DNA of 64,000 nucleotides from Spirulina sp. (lineage in GTDB: Bacteria; Cyanobacteriota; Cyanobacteriia; Phormidesmidales; Phormidesmidaceae). The position numbers and the translations under genes are program-made. Shown piece by piece: positions 20,818 to 30,841 of this stretch. Position 1 is the first letter of the stretch. Every line of letters starts with the position of its first letter. The notes beneath the pieces are model-generated. The model worked only from the letters and a program-made list of their open reading frames with translations, did not search any database and was not told where the DNA came from. The DNA lies in contig JBIPSI010000002.1 in NCBI GenBank assembly GCA_044070495.1, positions 192,001 through 256,000 of the forward strand, written 5' to 3'.

Positions 20818-22221
20818 ATGTTGTTCCATCGCCCTAAGGTGTCTATGCTAGAGGCCACCCCTTCCCCCCAACCCCCTGAATCTGCGCCTAGTGATCCGGT
20901 TGTTACCGCCCCTGTACCCTCTAGCGAAGAATTGTGGGAGATCGTTGACCACCACCTGATTCGCTACGGCGGATCCTTTGCTCCCCGGTTGATTGAACGG
21001 GCGCGGGGCAGCTATCTCTACGATCAGCAGGGCCGCAAGATTTTGGACTTCACCTCTGGGCAAATGTGCGCCACCCTGGGCCACAACCATCCTGAGGTGG
21101 TGCAGGCCATCCACAAAGCCTGTGAAGAGGTGCTGCACCTGTTTAGCGGTATGTTGTCGCCCTCGGTGGTGGAACTGGCGGATACTCTCTGCAAGCTGCT
21201 GCCCCCCACCTTGCAAAAGGCCATCTTTCTAAACACAGGCAGCGAGGTGAACGAAGCCGCCCTGCGCATGGCCAAGCTGCATACCGGAGGCTTTGAAGTC
21301 GTGGGCCTCAGCACCTCCTGGCACGGCATGACTGCCGGAGCCAGCGCCAGCACCTTTGTCGCAGCCAGAAAGGGCTATGGGCCGATGATTCCTGGCAACT
21401 TTGCCCTGCCCACCCCCAACTGCTACCGCTGCCCCGTGCGCCACTGCCAAGACCAGTGCGACATGACCTGCCTAGCGGTGGGGTTTGAGTTAATCGATAG
21501 CCAGTCCGTAGGGGCCTACGCCGCGCTGATTGTAGAACCTGTCCTCAGTTCGGGGGGCATTATTGAGCCGCCAGAGGGCTATTTTCAGCGGCTTCAGGAC
21601 TACTGCCGCCAGCGGGGTATGCTGCTGATTTTGGATGAGGCCCAAACCGCCTTTGGTCGCCTGGGTAGTCTCTTCGCCTTTGAGCAACTGGGCATCGTGC
21701 CAGACATCCTCACCCTGTCGAAAACCCTGGGCGGCGGACTGCCCCTAGCCGCCACCGTCACCAGTGCCGCCATCGAGGCCGACTGCTACGACAAGGGCTT
21801 TCTCTACTACACCTCCCACGTCTCCGACCCCATGCCAGCGGAGGTGGGCCTAGCGGTGCTGCGGGTGCTGACCACCCAGAACCTCGCCGAACGAGCCACC
21901 ACCATGGGAGCCTACCTAAAGGCCGGTTTACTGAAACTCAAAGACCGCTACGAGGTGATTGGCGACGTTCGCGGTCGGGGGCTGCTGCTGGGGGTAGAAC
22001 TGGTGAAGGACCGGGCAAGCCGCACACCCAACCCCGAACTAGGAGCCGCCATCACCCGCCGCTGCATGGAACTAGGCCTAAGCATGAACATCACCGCCCT
22101 GCCCAACATGGGGAGCGTCTGGCGCATTGCTCCGCCGTTGACGGTGACCCAGGAAGAACTCGACGAAGGGCTAACTATTCTAGAACAGGCTATTGGCGAC
22201 TGCCTTGCCGCCGCTGGATAA
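20818..22221 (+). CDS. Class-III PLP aminotransferase, 2,2-dialkylglycine decarboxylase (DgdA)-like
   Basis: LDFTSGQM, HLFSGMLS, SWHGMT, DEAQT, SKTLG, YTSHVSDP, GLSMNI and RIAPPL match the recalled DGD sequence pattern. Confidence 0.85.
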   Translation: MLFHRPKVSMLEATPSPQPPESAPSDPVVTAPVPSSEELWEIVDHHLIRYGGSFAPRLIERARGSYLYDQQGRKILDFTSGQMCATLGHNHPEVVQAIHKACEEVLHLFSGMLSPSVVELADTLCKLLPPTLQKAIFLNTGSEVNEAALRMAKLHTGGFEVVGLSTSWHGMTAGASASTFVAARKGYGPMIPGNFALPTPNCYRCPVRHCQDQCDMTCLAVGFELIDSQSVGAYAALIVEPVLSSGGIIEPPEGYFQRLQDYCRQRGMLLILDEAQTAFGRLGSLFAFEQLGIVPDILTLSKTLGGGLPLAATVTSAAIEADCYDKGFLYYTSHVSDPMPAEVGLAVLRVLTTQNLAERATTMGAYLKAGLLKLKDRYEVIGDVRGRGLLLGVELVKDRASRTPNPELGAAITRRCMELGLSMNITALPNMGSVWRIAPPLTVTQEELDEGLTILEQAIGDCLAAAG

Positions 22222-22441
22222 GCCATCTGCCAAGCGCTACAATCCCGCGTCCCAAAATACCAAGTTGTCCGCTAGCTCGATGCTGGGGGGATGGGCGGCG
22301 AGGAGACCTCACCCTAGTCCTCTCCCACGGGGCAAGGGGTTGGGGATATAGACCAGGAGGGGCTTCTCCTTGAGTGGGCCAGAAACGTTTGTCAGTCAAC
22401 CAGGGGCTTGGCATACTGTAGCGGTACAAGAGAGACCTACC

Positions 22442-22804
22442 ATGCTGATTCGTAAACTGCTGGATTGCCCAGAATTCATCGCCGGAGACGGCACCCGCCT
22501 GCGAGAACTGCTGCACCCCGACAAGCAGGATCTTGCCCTAGGCTATAGCCTCGCCCATGCCATTGTGCCCGTGGGACAGGTTTCGGTTCCCCATGCCCTT
22601 ACGACTTCTGAGGTGTACTACCTCCTCTCTGGGGTGGGCGAAATGCACATCAACGACGAAGTGCAGCGGGTGGAACCGGGGGATGCGGTCTACATTCCGC
22701 CCAATGCCCGCCAATTTATCAGCAATGTCGGCGAGGAACCGCTGGTATTCATTTGTCTGGTGGATCCGGCCTGGCGCAAGGAAGATGAGACTATCTTCGC
22801 CTAA
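22442..22804 (+). CDS. Cupin domain protein
   Basis: PHALTTSEVYYLLSG and GDAVYIPPNARQ; start taken at MLIRKL. Confidence 0.85.
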   Translation: MLIRKLLDCPEFIAGDGTRLRELLHPDKQDLALGYSLAHAIVPVGQVSVPHALTTSEVYYLLSGVGEMHINDEVQRVEPGDAVYIPPNARQFISNVGEEPLVFICLVDPAWRKEDETIFA

Positions 22805-22840
22805 CCTGATCTCACATCCTGGTTAGCTAGCTCTGATTCT

Positions 22841-22951
22841 CTAGGGGTGCATTGCGGCTAATCAAAATGATTAGTGCGTGACTATGGTGCGTGACTGTGT
22901 AGGAGTTGAGCCGCGTAGGCTGTGCCGCGCCCTTGGCGCTATGCCCCCTAC
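22841..22951. repeat. Split REP-like element (copy B)
   Basis: Ends CTAGGGGTGCATTGC and CCTTGGCGCTATGCCCCTACG; internal 13-bp tandem GTGCGTGACTRTG x2. Confidence 0.55.
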
Positions 22952-22993
22952 GATTCTGGGGTGGGAGGGGTGGGGAATTGGTAGGGCGCGGCC

Positions 22994-25804
22994 CTAGGGG
23001 GTTTGCTCGCTAAGCTGCTGAAGGAGATCCTCAAGGCGTTGCTGGGCCTGGCCATAGCGTTGCCAGTCTCCCTGTTGCAGGGCGGTTTGACCCTCCTGGT
23101 AGGCGCTCAGGGCCGCCTGGATGAGGCCAGAGAGATCGGTGGGGGTGGGGGGCGGGGCGGCAGGATCGACGGGCACCGGGGCGGGGCGGGTGGCCCCAAA
23201 AATGGCCTCTAGGGCTTGGTCGAGGGTTTCTTGCATCACCACTTGGTCACCGTAGGCGACGATCACCCGCCGCAGCTCGGGTAGTTCGCCCTGTTCGGCC
23301 CGCAGATAAATGGGCTGCACGTAGAGCAAAGACTGTTCGATGGGAATCACCAGCAGGTTGCCCTTCAGCACCCGCGACCCCTGTTGGCTCCAGAGGGTAA
23401 TTTGCTCGGAGATTTCGGGGGTTTGGTTAATGCGGGCCTCGATCTGGCTGGGGCCAAAGATCAACTCCTGCTTAGGAAATTCGTAGAGCAGCAGCCTGCC
23501 GTAGTTGTCGCCATCGGAGCCGCCCGCTAACCAGGCGATCATGTTGTCGCGGTTGGCGGGGGTGAAGGGCAGAATTTGCAGAAACTCCTCCCGCTCCAGT
23601 TTGGGCAGCTTCATGATCACGTAGTAGGGGGCCATGGTTTCCAGGTTGCCGTCCTGGCTGTGTTCGGGGAAGCGCCAGAGGTCTTCGCGGTTGTAGAACA
23701 CTTCCGGGTTTTCCATGTGGTAGGCCCGATACATCTGGGCCTGGATGGTGAAGATGTCGTGGGGGTAGCGCAGGTGTTCCCGGTAGGTGGCGGGCATGGC
23801 CTCGCTGGGCTGAAACAGGCTGGGAAACATCTTCTGGTAGGTGGCCAGCACGGGGTCGGCGGTGTCGCGCACGAAGAATTCTAGGGTGCCATCGTAGGCA
23901 TCGACAAACACCTTCACCGCATCCCGCACATAGTTGGCGCTAGGCGGCAGCAGGCCATAGCTAGGGTCGGCGACGGCCAGCATTTCGCTGTAGCGGTGCA
24001 GGGGTTCGGAGTAGGGGTAGCGGTCGCTGACGGTGTAGCCGTCCATCACCCACTTCAGCCGTCCGTTGACCACCACCATGTAGGGGTCGCTGTCGTAGGT
24101 GAGGAAGGGGGCCACCCGCTGTACCCGGTCGCGGATCAGGCGGTGGTAGTGGATGCGGGAATCGGCGTTGAAGTAATTCGAGGTTAGCAGGCGCAGATTG
24201 CCGAGGTCGTAGGCGTAGACCAGGCGGCGCAGCAGGGAATTGAGTGGCACCCCGCCCTGGCCGGTGTAGCGGTAGGTGGCGTTGGTGTCGCCCAGGGGGT
24301 AGTCAAACTCGTCGGTGTTGGTGCCCGTGAAGATGTAGTTGGCGGTGTCTTCTCCGTAGTAGATGCGGGGTTGATCCAGGGCTAGATCCACCGTGGAGTC
24401 GGGGGGCACATTGCGCAGGAAAAATTCTGGCATACCGTTGCTGGCGGCTCGGTTGACGGGGCTCATCACCAGGCCAAAGCCGTGGGTGAATTTAAGCTGG
24501 CGGTTAATCCAGTTTTGGGCCTCCGGGGGCAACTGTGCCACCGATAGCTCGCGGGCGGAGAGCGTCACCTGGCGGTAGTCGCCGTTGAGGGTGTAGCGGT
24601 CGATATCGACATCGCTGAAGTTGTAGTAGAGCCGAATTTCCTGGAGCTGCTTATAGGAACTCAGCAGCGGCGCATCGTCCCAGAGGCGAATGTTGCGCAC
24701 CGTGGGCTGGTTGGCATCCAGCAAGGCTCGATCCAACTGATTGTCGGCGGGGAAGGGTTCGGCGACAACGTTCGTGAGGCTGTAGGCTTGGCGGGTGAAG
24801 GCAATGTTGTGCTCAATGTAGGGTCGCTCGATGGTGAGTTCGTTGGGCTCTACCACGAAATTTTGCTGAAACCAGGGATACAGCCCGTTGGCCAGCACCA
24901 GCACCGCTAGGTAAAACCCCATGCCCACCATCGGCAGGTAAAAGCCGCTGCGCCACAGGGCCATCACAAACAATATGGCGATGGACATCGTGACAAAGCT
25001 CATCAGCCAGTAGGCTTGCAGCCGCGCATGGACATCGGTATAGCCCGCCCCAAAGATCACTCCGCCCTCGGAGAACAGCAGGGAATAGCGATCGAGCCAA
25101 AACCCCCAGGCCAACACTGTCGCCAGCCCCGCCAACAGCAGGCAGATGTGGGTCTTGGTCTCTCCAGTGAGGAAATATTTCCAGCCCCGTTCGGGCCGGA
25201 TTTCCCCCTTTAGGCCATAGACCGCCAGGGCCAACAGCAGCGCCCACACCCCCAGGCCCACCAGTTGGCTCTGCAAGCCCTGCCACAGGGGCAACCGAAA
25301 CAGGTAGAAACCAATATCCTGATTAAAAATCGGGTCGGTTTGGTCAAAAAATGATGGATTGAGGAATTGCAGCACCGTTTCCCAGGCCGCCGCCCCCCGC
25401 CAAGCCGTTCCCAAGGCCAGCAGCCCAATAACCCCCAAACTACCCAGGTGCAGCAGTTGCTCAAACTGTTCTCGCTGCTGCTGGCTGCTGTAGCGGCTCA
25501 AAAATCGGTAGCTGCGTTCGCGGGTGGCCACCATGGCTAGGCGGTAGTTGCCCCACAGCCAAAGGGCCGTTAGCCCAAAGGTGCCTAGCCCCAGGCCCAA
25601 CTGCCAGCGCAGCCGTTTGCCAAACACCGCCCCATAGCCCACCGACTCAAACCACCAAGACTCGGTGAGCAGGTGCACCAGGCTACCCGCCGTCACCAAA
25701 ATCATCACCGCCACCAAGAGCCAAGGCAACAGTCGTCTCCCTCGGTAGGGATGGGCGGCGGATTTGGGGTTAGGGTAAAAAGTCACAGGGGCCAGAGCAA
25801 TCAA
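22994..25804 (-). CDS. UPF0182 family membrane protein
   Basis: WWFESVGY, DPIFNQDIGFYLF, GAGYTDVHA, PNEL, NIRLWD, QPRIYYGE and SLLYVQPIY. Confidence 0.92.
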   Translation of the reverse strand: MIALAPVTFYPNPKSAAHPYRGRRLLPWLLVAVMILVTAGSLVHLLTESWWFESVGYGAVFGKRLRWQLGLGLGTFGLTALWLWGNYRLAMVATRERSYRFLSRYSSQQQREQFEQLLHLGSLGVIGLLALGTAWRGAAAWETVLQFLNPSFFDQTDPIFNQDIGFYLFRLPLWQGLQSQLVGLGVWALLLALAVYGLKGEIRPERGWKYFLTGETKTHICLLLAGLATVLAWGFWLDRYSLLFSEGGVIFGAGYTDVHARLQAYWLMSFVTMSIAILFVMALWRSGFYLPMVGMGFYLAVLVLANGLYPWFQQNFVVEPNELTIERPYIEHNIAFTRQAYSLTNVVAEPFPADNQLDRALLDANQPTVRNIRLWDDAPLLSSYKQLQEIRLYYNFSDVDIDRYTLNGDYRQVTLSARELSVAQLPPEAQNWINRQLKFTHGFGLVMSPVNRAASNGMPEFFLRNVPPDSTVDLALDQPRIYYGEDTANYIFTGTNTDEFDYPLGDTNATYRYTGQGGVPLNSLLRRLVYAYDLGNLRLLTSNYFNADSRIHYHRLIRDRVQRVAPFLTYDSDPYMVVVNGRLKWVMDGYTVSDRYPYSEPLHRYSEMLAVADPSYGLLPPSANYVRDAVKVFVDAYDGTLEFFVRDTADPVLATYQKMFPSLFQPSEAMPATYREHLRYPHDIFTIQAQMYRAYHMENPEVFYNREDLWRFPEHSQDGNLETMAPYYVIMKLPKLEREEFLQILPFTPANRDNMIAWLAGGSDGDNYGRLLLYEFPKQELIFGPSQIEARINQTPEISEQITLWSQQGSRVLKGNLLVIPIEQSLLYVQPIYLRAEQGELPELRRVIVAYGDQVVMQETLDQALEAIFGATRPAPVPVDPAAPPPTPTDLSGLIQAALSAYQEGQTALQQGDWQRYGQAQQRLEDLLQQLSEQTP

Positions 25805-25899
25805 GGTTCGCCCCGATCCTAACGCAAGGGGTTGAGGGGTTTTGTCCTTGGTAACGTTTTCTCAAGGGTGGCCTCAGCCAGGGACTTGCCAACGACCCC

Positions 25900-26961
25900 C
25901 TAGGCCGAGGGTGTCATGCGGTTGAGGTGACGATTGCGCCAAGTCCGAATGGCCTGGGCCTGACGCTGAACCGCCGTTAGGTATTGGGGCACAGCGGCGG
26001 CGGGGGACGTCTGCACTGGAGCCGATGGCGTGGTGTAGAGGCACTGGGAGAGGCTGTCGAGGTGGGGCTCTAGGGCCAGATCGCGCACCAGGTGGTCGAT
26101 GGAACTATAACGTTCGGTGGGATCGGGGCGGATCATTTTGTCGAGCATTCGACCAAAGTGATCACTGACGGTGACGTTGGACTGCCAGCGCACTTGGCCT
26201 GTTCTAGAATCCACATCAAAGTCTGAGGGCAGACAGGTGGTCAGCATAAATAGGCAGGTCATCCCCAGGGCATAGATGTCGCTGCCGTAGCAGGGGCGCA
26301 GGGCCAACTGTTCTGGCGGCGCAAACCCCGGTGTGCCCACAAACTGGCTGACGGGAGACTGGTAGGCATTGGCTTCCTCTAGGTCGGCCAGAAACTCTCG
26401 CACCGCCCCAAAGTCGATCAACACCAGGCGGCGGTCAAACTCGCTGCGGATGATATTGGGAGGCTTGATGTCGCGGTGAATGATCCGGTTGCGGTGGATG
26501 AACTGCAACACCGGGATCATTTCCTGCAAAAAGTACTTCACCTGGGCTTCGGTTTGTCGCCCCTGCCGCCGCACCTCCTGGGTAATGGTGTGGCCCTGGA
26601 TATACTCTTGCACCAGGTAAAACTCGCCCCGAATAGTGAAGTAATCGAGCAGGCAGGGAATTTGGGAGTGGCTACCTAGATTGGCGAGGGCTTTGGCCTC
26701 TCGCCGAAACCGCACCTTGGCCCGTTCTAAGGAAAGATCGTTGCGGGTGCGGGGGGCCAGTTGTTTAATCACACAGCGGGGCTGGCCCGGTAGCCGCATA
26801 TCCTGGGCGAGGTAGGTGACACCAAACCCCCCCTGGCCCAAAGCACGCAGCACTCGATAGCGCTGCCGAAACAAATCCTGGGACTGATAAAACGCACCGA
26901 TTGCGCCGCTAAAGCTGCGGTCGGAGTTCCCGTAGGACGATGGGGCGGCGGGGTTGGGCAT
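25900..26961 (-). CDS. Soluble Ser/Thr protein kinase (Pkn2 type)
   Basis: LGQGGFGVTY, CVIKQL, HRDIKPPN, DFG and GTPGFAPPEQ. Confidence 0.93.
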   Translation of the reverse strand: MPNPAAPSSYGNSDRSFSGAIGAFYQSQDLFRQRYRVLRALGQGGFGVTYLAQDMRLPGQPRCVIKQLAPRTRNDLSLERAKVRFRREAKALANLGSHSQIPCLLDYFTIRGEFYLVQEYIQGHTITQEVRRQGRQTEAQVKYFLQEMIPVLQFIHRNRIIHRDIKPPNIIRSEFDRRLVLIDFGAVREFLADLEEANAYQSPVSQFVGTPGFAPPEQLALRPCYGSDIYALGMTCLFMLTTCLPSDFDVDSRTGQVRWQSNVTVSDHFGRMLDKMIRPDPTERYSSIDHLVRDLALEPHLDSLSQCLYTTPSAPVQTSPAAAVPQYLTAVQRQAQAIRTWRNRHLNRMTPSA

Positions 26962-27063
26962 GGGGAAAGTCTAGGATGGCTAAGGACAAGGAGTCAACCA
27001 AAACGGAACTCAGCCTCGCGGGTTACTTCCATGCGGGTTAGTTCCATTCTATCGGACATGGCC

Positions 27064-28155
27064 CTAGGCTTGGGGTAGCCAAAAAGTGAAGGTAGCGCCC
27101 TGGTGGAGCTGGCTAGTGACGGTAATTTCGCCCCCCTGCACGGTGACGAGGCGGCGACAGATGGTCAGCCCTAGGCCCGTGCCCCCAGACCGACGGTTGC
27201 GGGAACGGTCGGCCCGCCAAAAGCGCTCAAACACGTAGGGTAAGTCGGCCTCGGCAATGCCCGATCCGGTGTCGGCGACTGAGACATAGACCCGCTGGGG
27301 TTCGGCCCAGGCCCGCACCTCCACCTTGCCGTAGTCGGTGTAGCGGAGGGCATTGCCCAGCAGGTTAATCAGAATTTGCTCGATGCGGCTAGGGTCGGCG
27401 TAGACCGCTGGTAAATCCGTCGGCACCTCCAGCAGGAGGGACACCTGGTCAGGGTTGGCACGCTGTCCCTCAAAGGTTTGGATTAGGCTGGTGAGCAGCG
27501 GCGGCAGGTCAACGCTCTGGGCCTGGATCGGCAGATATCCGGCCTCCAGTTTGGAGAGTTCCTGAAGATCGTTCACCAGCCGTTGTAAGCGGGTGGTTTC
27601 CGTGGCTAGGCGCTCGTAGAGTTCGGGCTGGGGGGGGATGGTGCCATCGGCAAGGCCCTCCAGGTAGCCGTGGAGAATGGTGAGGGGGGTGCGCAGTTCG
27701 TGGGTGAGATCGCCCACCAGTTCCCGCCGCCGCTGCTCAACGCCCTCCAAATCGGAAGCCATGCGGTTGAAGCTGTTGGCCAACCGCTGGATCTCCAGGA
27801 TTTCCGAGGGGGGTACCCGCGCCGTGAGTTGTCCGGCGGCAAACTGGCGGGTAATCTCCGCCATCTGATCCAAGGGTCGAATGATCCGGCGCGACACCCA
27901 GTAGCTCAAGACTCCGGCGGTGCCGCCCCCCACCAGGATCGACCACACCATGCCCTTGCTCCAGGCGTCCTCAAACCCCTTCAGCAATTGGGTGCGACGA
28001 TGGAGACTCATGACGCCGTTTTCGTAGCGTTGCAGGGTAATCACCATCTGCCGGGGGGTATACAGCCGCCCAATGGCCAGCAGGGTCAAAATCCCAACGG
28101 TCATCACCGCCATGTGGGAGAGGAACAGACGACTACGTAGGTTGCACTTGGCCAT
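27064..28155 (-). CDS. Membrane sensor histidine kinase (2 TM, HAMP, HisKA, HATPase; BaeS-like)
   Basis: HELRTPL, NLLGNALRY, DTGSGI and GGTGLGL; start taken at MAKCNL. Confidence 0.92.
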   Translation of the reverse strand: MAKCNLRSRLFLSHMAVMTVGILTLLAIGRLYTPRQMVITLQRYENGVMSLHRRTQLLKGFEDAWSKGMVWSILVGGGTAGVLSYWVSRRIIRPLDQMAEITRQFAAGQLTARVPPSEILEIQRLANSFNRMASDLEGVEQRRRELVGDLTHELRTPLTILHGYLEGLADGTIPPQPELYERLATETTRLQRLVNDLQELSKLEAGYLPIQAQSVDLPPLLTSLIQTFEGQRANPDQVSLLLEVPTDLPAVYADPSRIEQILINLLGNALRYTDYGKVEVRAWAEPQRVYVSVADTGSGIAEADLPYVFERFWRADRSRNRRSGGTGLGLTICRRLVTVQGGEITVTSQLHQGATFTFWLPQA

Positions 28156-28163
28156 GCCACCCC

Positions 28164-28391
28164 TCAAGCGGGGGTGTGCTGAAGGTCGGGCTGTTCCTCC
28201 GGCACAATGGCCCCCTCCACCGGGCAGACCTGGAGGCAGATGCCGCAGTCGATGCAGGTGGAAAAGTCAATCCAGTACCAGTCGGTGCCCTTGGTGTTTT
28301 TGCCGGGGCCTTCGTGGATGCAGGCAACGGGGCAAGCCTCGACGCAGTCGGCAACCCCTTCACAGACGTTCGTAACAATGGTGTGGGCCAC
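28164..28391 (-). CDS. Bacterial-type dicluster ferredoxin ([3Fe-4S][4Fe-4S])
   Basis: CEGVADCVEACP and CIDCGICLQVCP motifs. Confidence 0.92.
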   Translation of the reverse strand: MAHTIVTNVCEGVADCVEACPVACIHEGPGKNTKGTDWYWIDFSTCIDCGICLQVCPVEGAIVPEEQPDLQHTPA

Positions 28392-28502
28392 GGCCTATCC
28401 TCAATCGCAGACAGATCAACAGAGCGCATCAACGGAGCGCCAACCGAGCACATCGGGCCAGGAAGCAGAGCTAGTCTGTCCGACCCGTGGCCATTTATCA
28501 CG

Positions 28503-29738
28503 TTAGTGTAGGGTTTCGACTTGTGGCAACCCGTTGGCGTTAATCCAGGCGATGTGCTGAATGCGGCGATGGCTGGCGATGGCCCGCAGATCGTCCTGGG
28601 AGGGCACCGCCGCCAAATGCACCTCTGCCCGCACCAGGGTGGCCGAGGCCCGCAGGGTTTGGGCGTAGGTAAAGGCCGCCGCCGCCGCCTGGGGGCTAGT
28701 GGGCACCACCAGCCAATCGCAGGGGGGGGTGCTCTGGGGCAGGTGCCCGGTGGGCAGCAGAGCCTGGTGCAGCATGTCGGTATCAAACACAAAGCCAATG
28801 CCGGGGAAGCCCTTGCCCTCTGGGTTAAACACCCCCAGCAGGTGGTCGTAGCGGCCCCCTCGGCCCAGCACCTGGCAGCCCAGTTCCGGCGGACTCACCA
28901 CCTCAAACACTAGGCCCGTGTAGTAGTCGAAGGTTTGAATCAGGCTGAGGTCGAGGATCAGCGGCGGACGGTAGGCGGATTCGCCCTGGGGGGGCACCTC
29001 CCGCAGCAGCGCCACCAAGGACTTCAGCCGTTCCAAGGACTCCTGACCCGCTGGCCCCAGATCCAGGCTGCCGAGGGATTGCAGGATGTCCTCCGGTGCC
29101 CCCCGCAGGTCGAGCAGGTAGAGGGCCTGTGCCCGCTGGGCCTCGGACAAATTCAAGGTTTCCAAGGCCACTCGATCTAATTGAGCGAGGGCTTGGCGCA
29201 CCTCGGCCCGCACCGCCACGGGGAAAGGCTCCAACAGGGCGCGGGTGAGGTTCGCATCCCCTAGCAGCAGACTCCAGCCCCTCAGGTTGAGGCTGGCCAG
29301 CCCATCGGTGAGCAGCAGCAGCATTTCGGCGTCGGCCAGGGTGTCTCCGGCCCCCAGTAGCTCCACCCCCGACTGGAAAAACTCCTGCTGACTACCCCGG
29401 TGGCCCTGATCGGCCTGACGAAAAACGTTGGCGTTGTAATAAAGCCGCTGGGGGTAGGTGACCCGGCTAAGCCGACTGACCGCCGCCCGCGCAATGGAGG
29501 CCGTTAGTTCGGGCCGTAGCCCCAGGCGTGGCCCAGCGGTGTGGTGCAGTTCTATCACCGCCGCTTGGTCAATGGCACCGCCAGCCATCAGGGTATCGAG
29601 CCGCTCGATGGTGGGGGTGATGATGCGGTGGTAGCCCCAGCGTTGGAAGACCTGCTCCAGACGATCCTCAATCCAGCGCTTTTGGGCGACATCTAGGGGT
29701 AAAAGGTCGCGGGCTCCGGTGGGTGGCTGATAAACCAT
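28503..29738 (-). CDS. hisZ: ATP phosphoribosyltransferase regulatory subunit
   Basis: PTGARDLLP, LRPELTASIAR, EFFQSGVEL, DYYTG and GGRYD. Confidence 0.93.
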   Translation of the reverse strand: MVYQPPTGARDLLPLDVAQKRWIEDRLEQVFQRWGYHRIITPTIERLDTLMAGGAIDQAAVIELHHTAGPRLGLRPELTASIARAAVSRLSRVTYPQRLYYNANVFRQADQGHRGSQQEFFQSGVELLGAGDTLADAEMLLLLTDGLASLNLRGWSLLLGDANLTRALLEPFPVAVRAEVRQALAQLDRVALETLNLSEAQRAQALYLLDLRGAPEDILQSLGSLDLGPAGQESLERLKSLVALLREVPPQGESAYRPPLILDLSLIQTFDYYTGLVFEVVSPPELGCQVLGRGGRYDHLLGVFNPEGKGFPGIGFVFDTDMLHQALLPTGHLPQSTPPCDWLVVPTSPQAAAAAFTYAQTLRASATLVRAEVHLAAVPSQDDLRAIASHRRIQHIAWINANGLPQVETLH

Positions 29739-30700
29739 TATTTTTTCTTTCCTCCAAATAGTCCCCCCAGGAAGCCGCCGCCCTTGTCCTCTGGCTTGCC
29801 CTTGGCCGGGGGTTTGCTGCGGTCGGTGGGCTTGGCCGCGCCGCCCCCGGAGGCGGTGCTGGGTGTGCTTTTTTCCAACTTAGCCTGAATCGCTTGGGCA
29901 ATCTCATCCTCGGGGTGGAGATCCAGCGCCCGTTTGGCATGAACCTTGGCCATGGTGGCCTGCCCCGCCTTGAGGTAGAGGCTAGCCAGGTAGCTGTGGC
30001 AGCGGGCACTGCTGGGATAGGCCTTGAGCGCCTCCCGCATTTCTAGCACCGCCCGACTATAGTCTCGCCCTGTTTCAAACCCCTGGGCCCGTTTGATATA
30101 GCTCTCTAAGATCGAGGCCTGGGTCTGGGGCTTGCGCGGCGGCGGGGCCGCCGAGGGCTTGGCACTGGCGGCGGGGGCCGTGGCGGTCGTACTGGTTGTC
30201 GAGGCCGGACGAGCGGCGGCGGCGGGGCCTTCGCTGGTGCGGTAGAGGTAGATCATGTTGATCTCGCTGATCTGGCCAATCACCTCTAGCACTTGGGATA
30301 GCTGCTCATACTGCTGCTCGGCAAGGGCCTTAACGGCCTGCTGATAGGCCAGATCGACCTGGGGAGCCTGAAGCAAAGTTTTGGCGGCCTCGCTGGTGAT
30401 GTCGGGTGGGGTGGAGGATCGCTTTAGCCCCTGTCCCTTCAGCTTCAGCATGAGCTGGTGCTCGGTGAATAGTTTTTCTTGGCTGAGGGCTTCGTAGGCA
30501 GGGTTGACCCACTTAGAGAGCAGTTCGTTGGCCTGCTGGGCGGCCTGATCAGAAATGCCCGAAAGACTGTCAGGATGGAGTTTGCGGGCAATGGTGAGGT
30601 AGCGCTTTCGCACCGCCCGCGCATCCGCCGTCACGGGGATACCCAGCACCGCATGGTGATCTTCAAAATCGAGTTTAAAGAGTCCAGCATCCAGTCTCAT
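29738..30700 (-). CDS. DnaJ-domain + TPR protein
   Basis: J-domain with LHPD, a Pro/Ala linker, TPR helices and a GGFLGGLFGGKKK tail. Confidence 0.88.
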   Translation of the reverse strand: MRLDAGLFKLDFEDHHAVLGIPVTADARAVRKRYLTIARKLHPDSLSGISDQAAQQANELLSKWVNPAYEALSQEKLFTEHQLMLKLKGQGLKRSSTPPDITSEAAKTLLQAPQVDLAYQQAVKALAEQQYEQLSQVLEVIGQISEINMIYLYRTSEGPAAAARPASTTSTTATAPAASAKPSAAPPPRKPQTQASILESYIKRAQGFETGRDYSRAVLEMREALKAYPSSARCHSYLASLYLKAGQATMAKVHAKRALDLHPEDEIAQAIQAKLEKSTPSTASGGGAAKPTDRSKPPAKGKPEDKGGGFLGGLFGGKKK

Positions 30701-30841
30701 ATATCCCCTATCCCTTCGCCATTACCGAGCGGCCTAAGACTTTTCCAGAGTATTCCATTTCCAGGGTTGTCTGTATCACCGATGCCCCTCGATTTCCGTT
30801 CTCCGTGGCCTCGACCCAGTTTCGCCGCCGAGGCCGACTGC

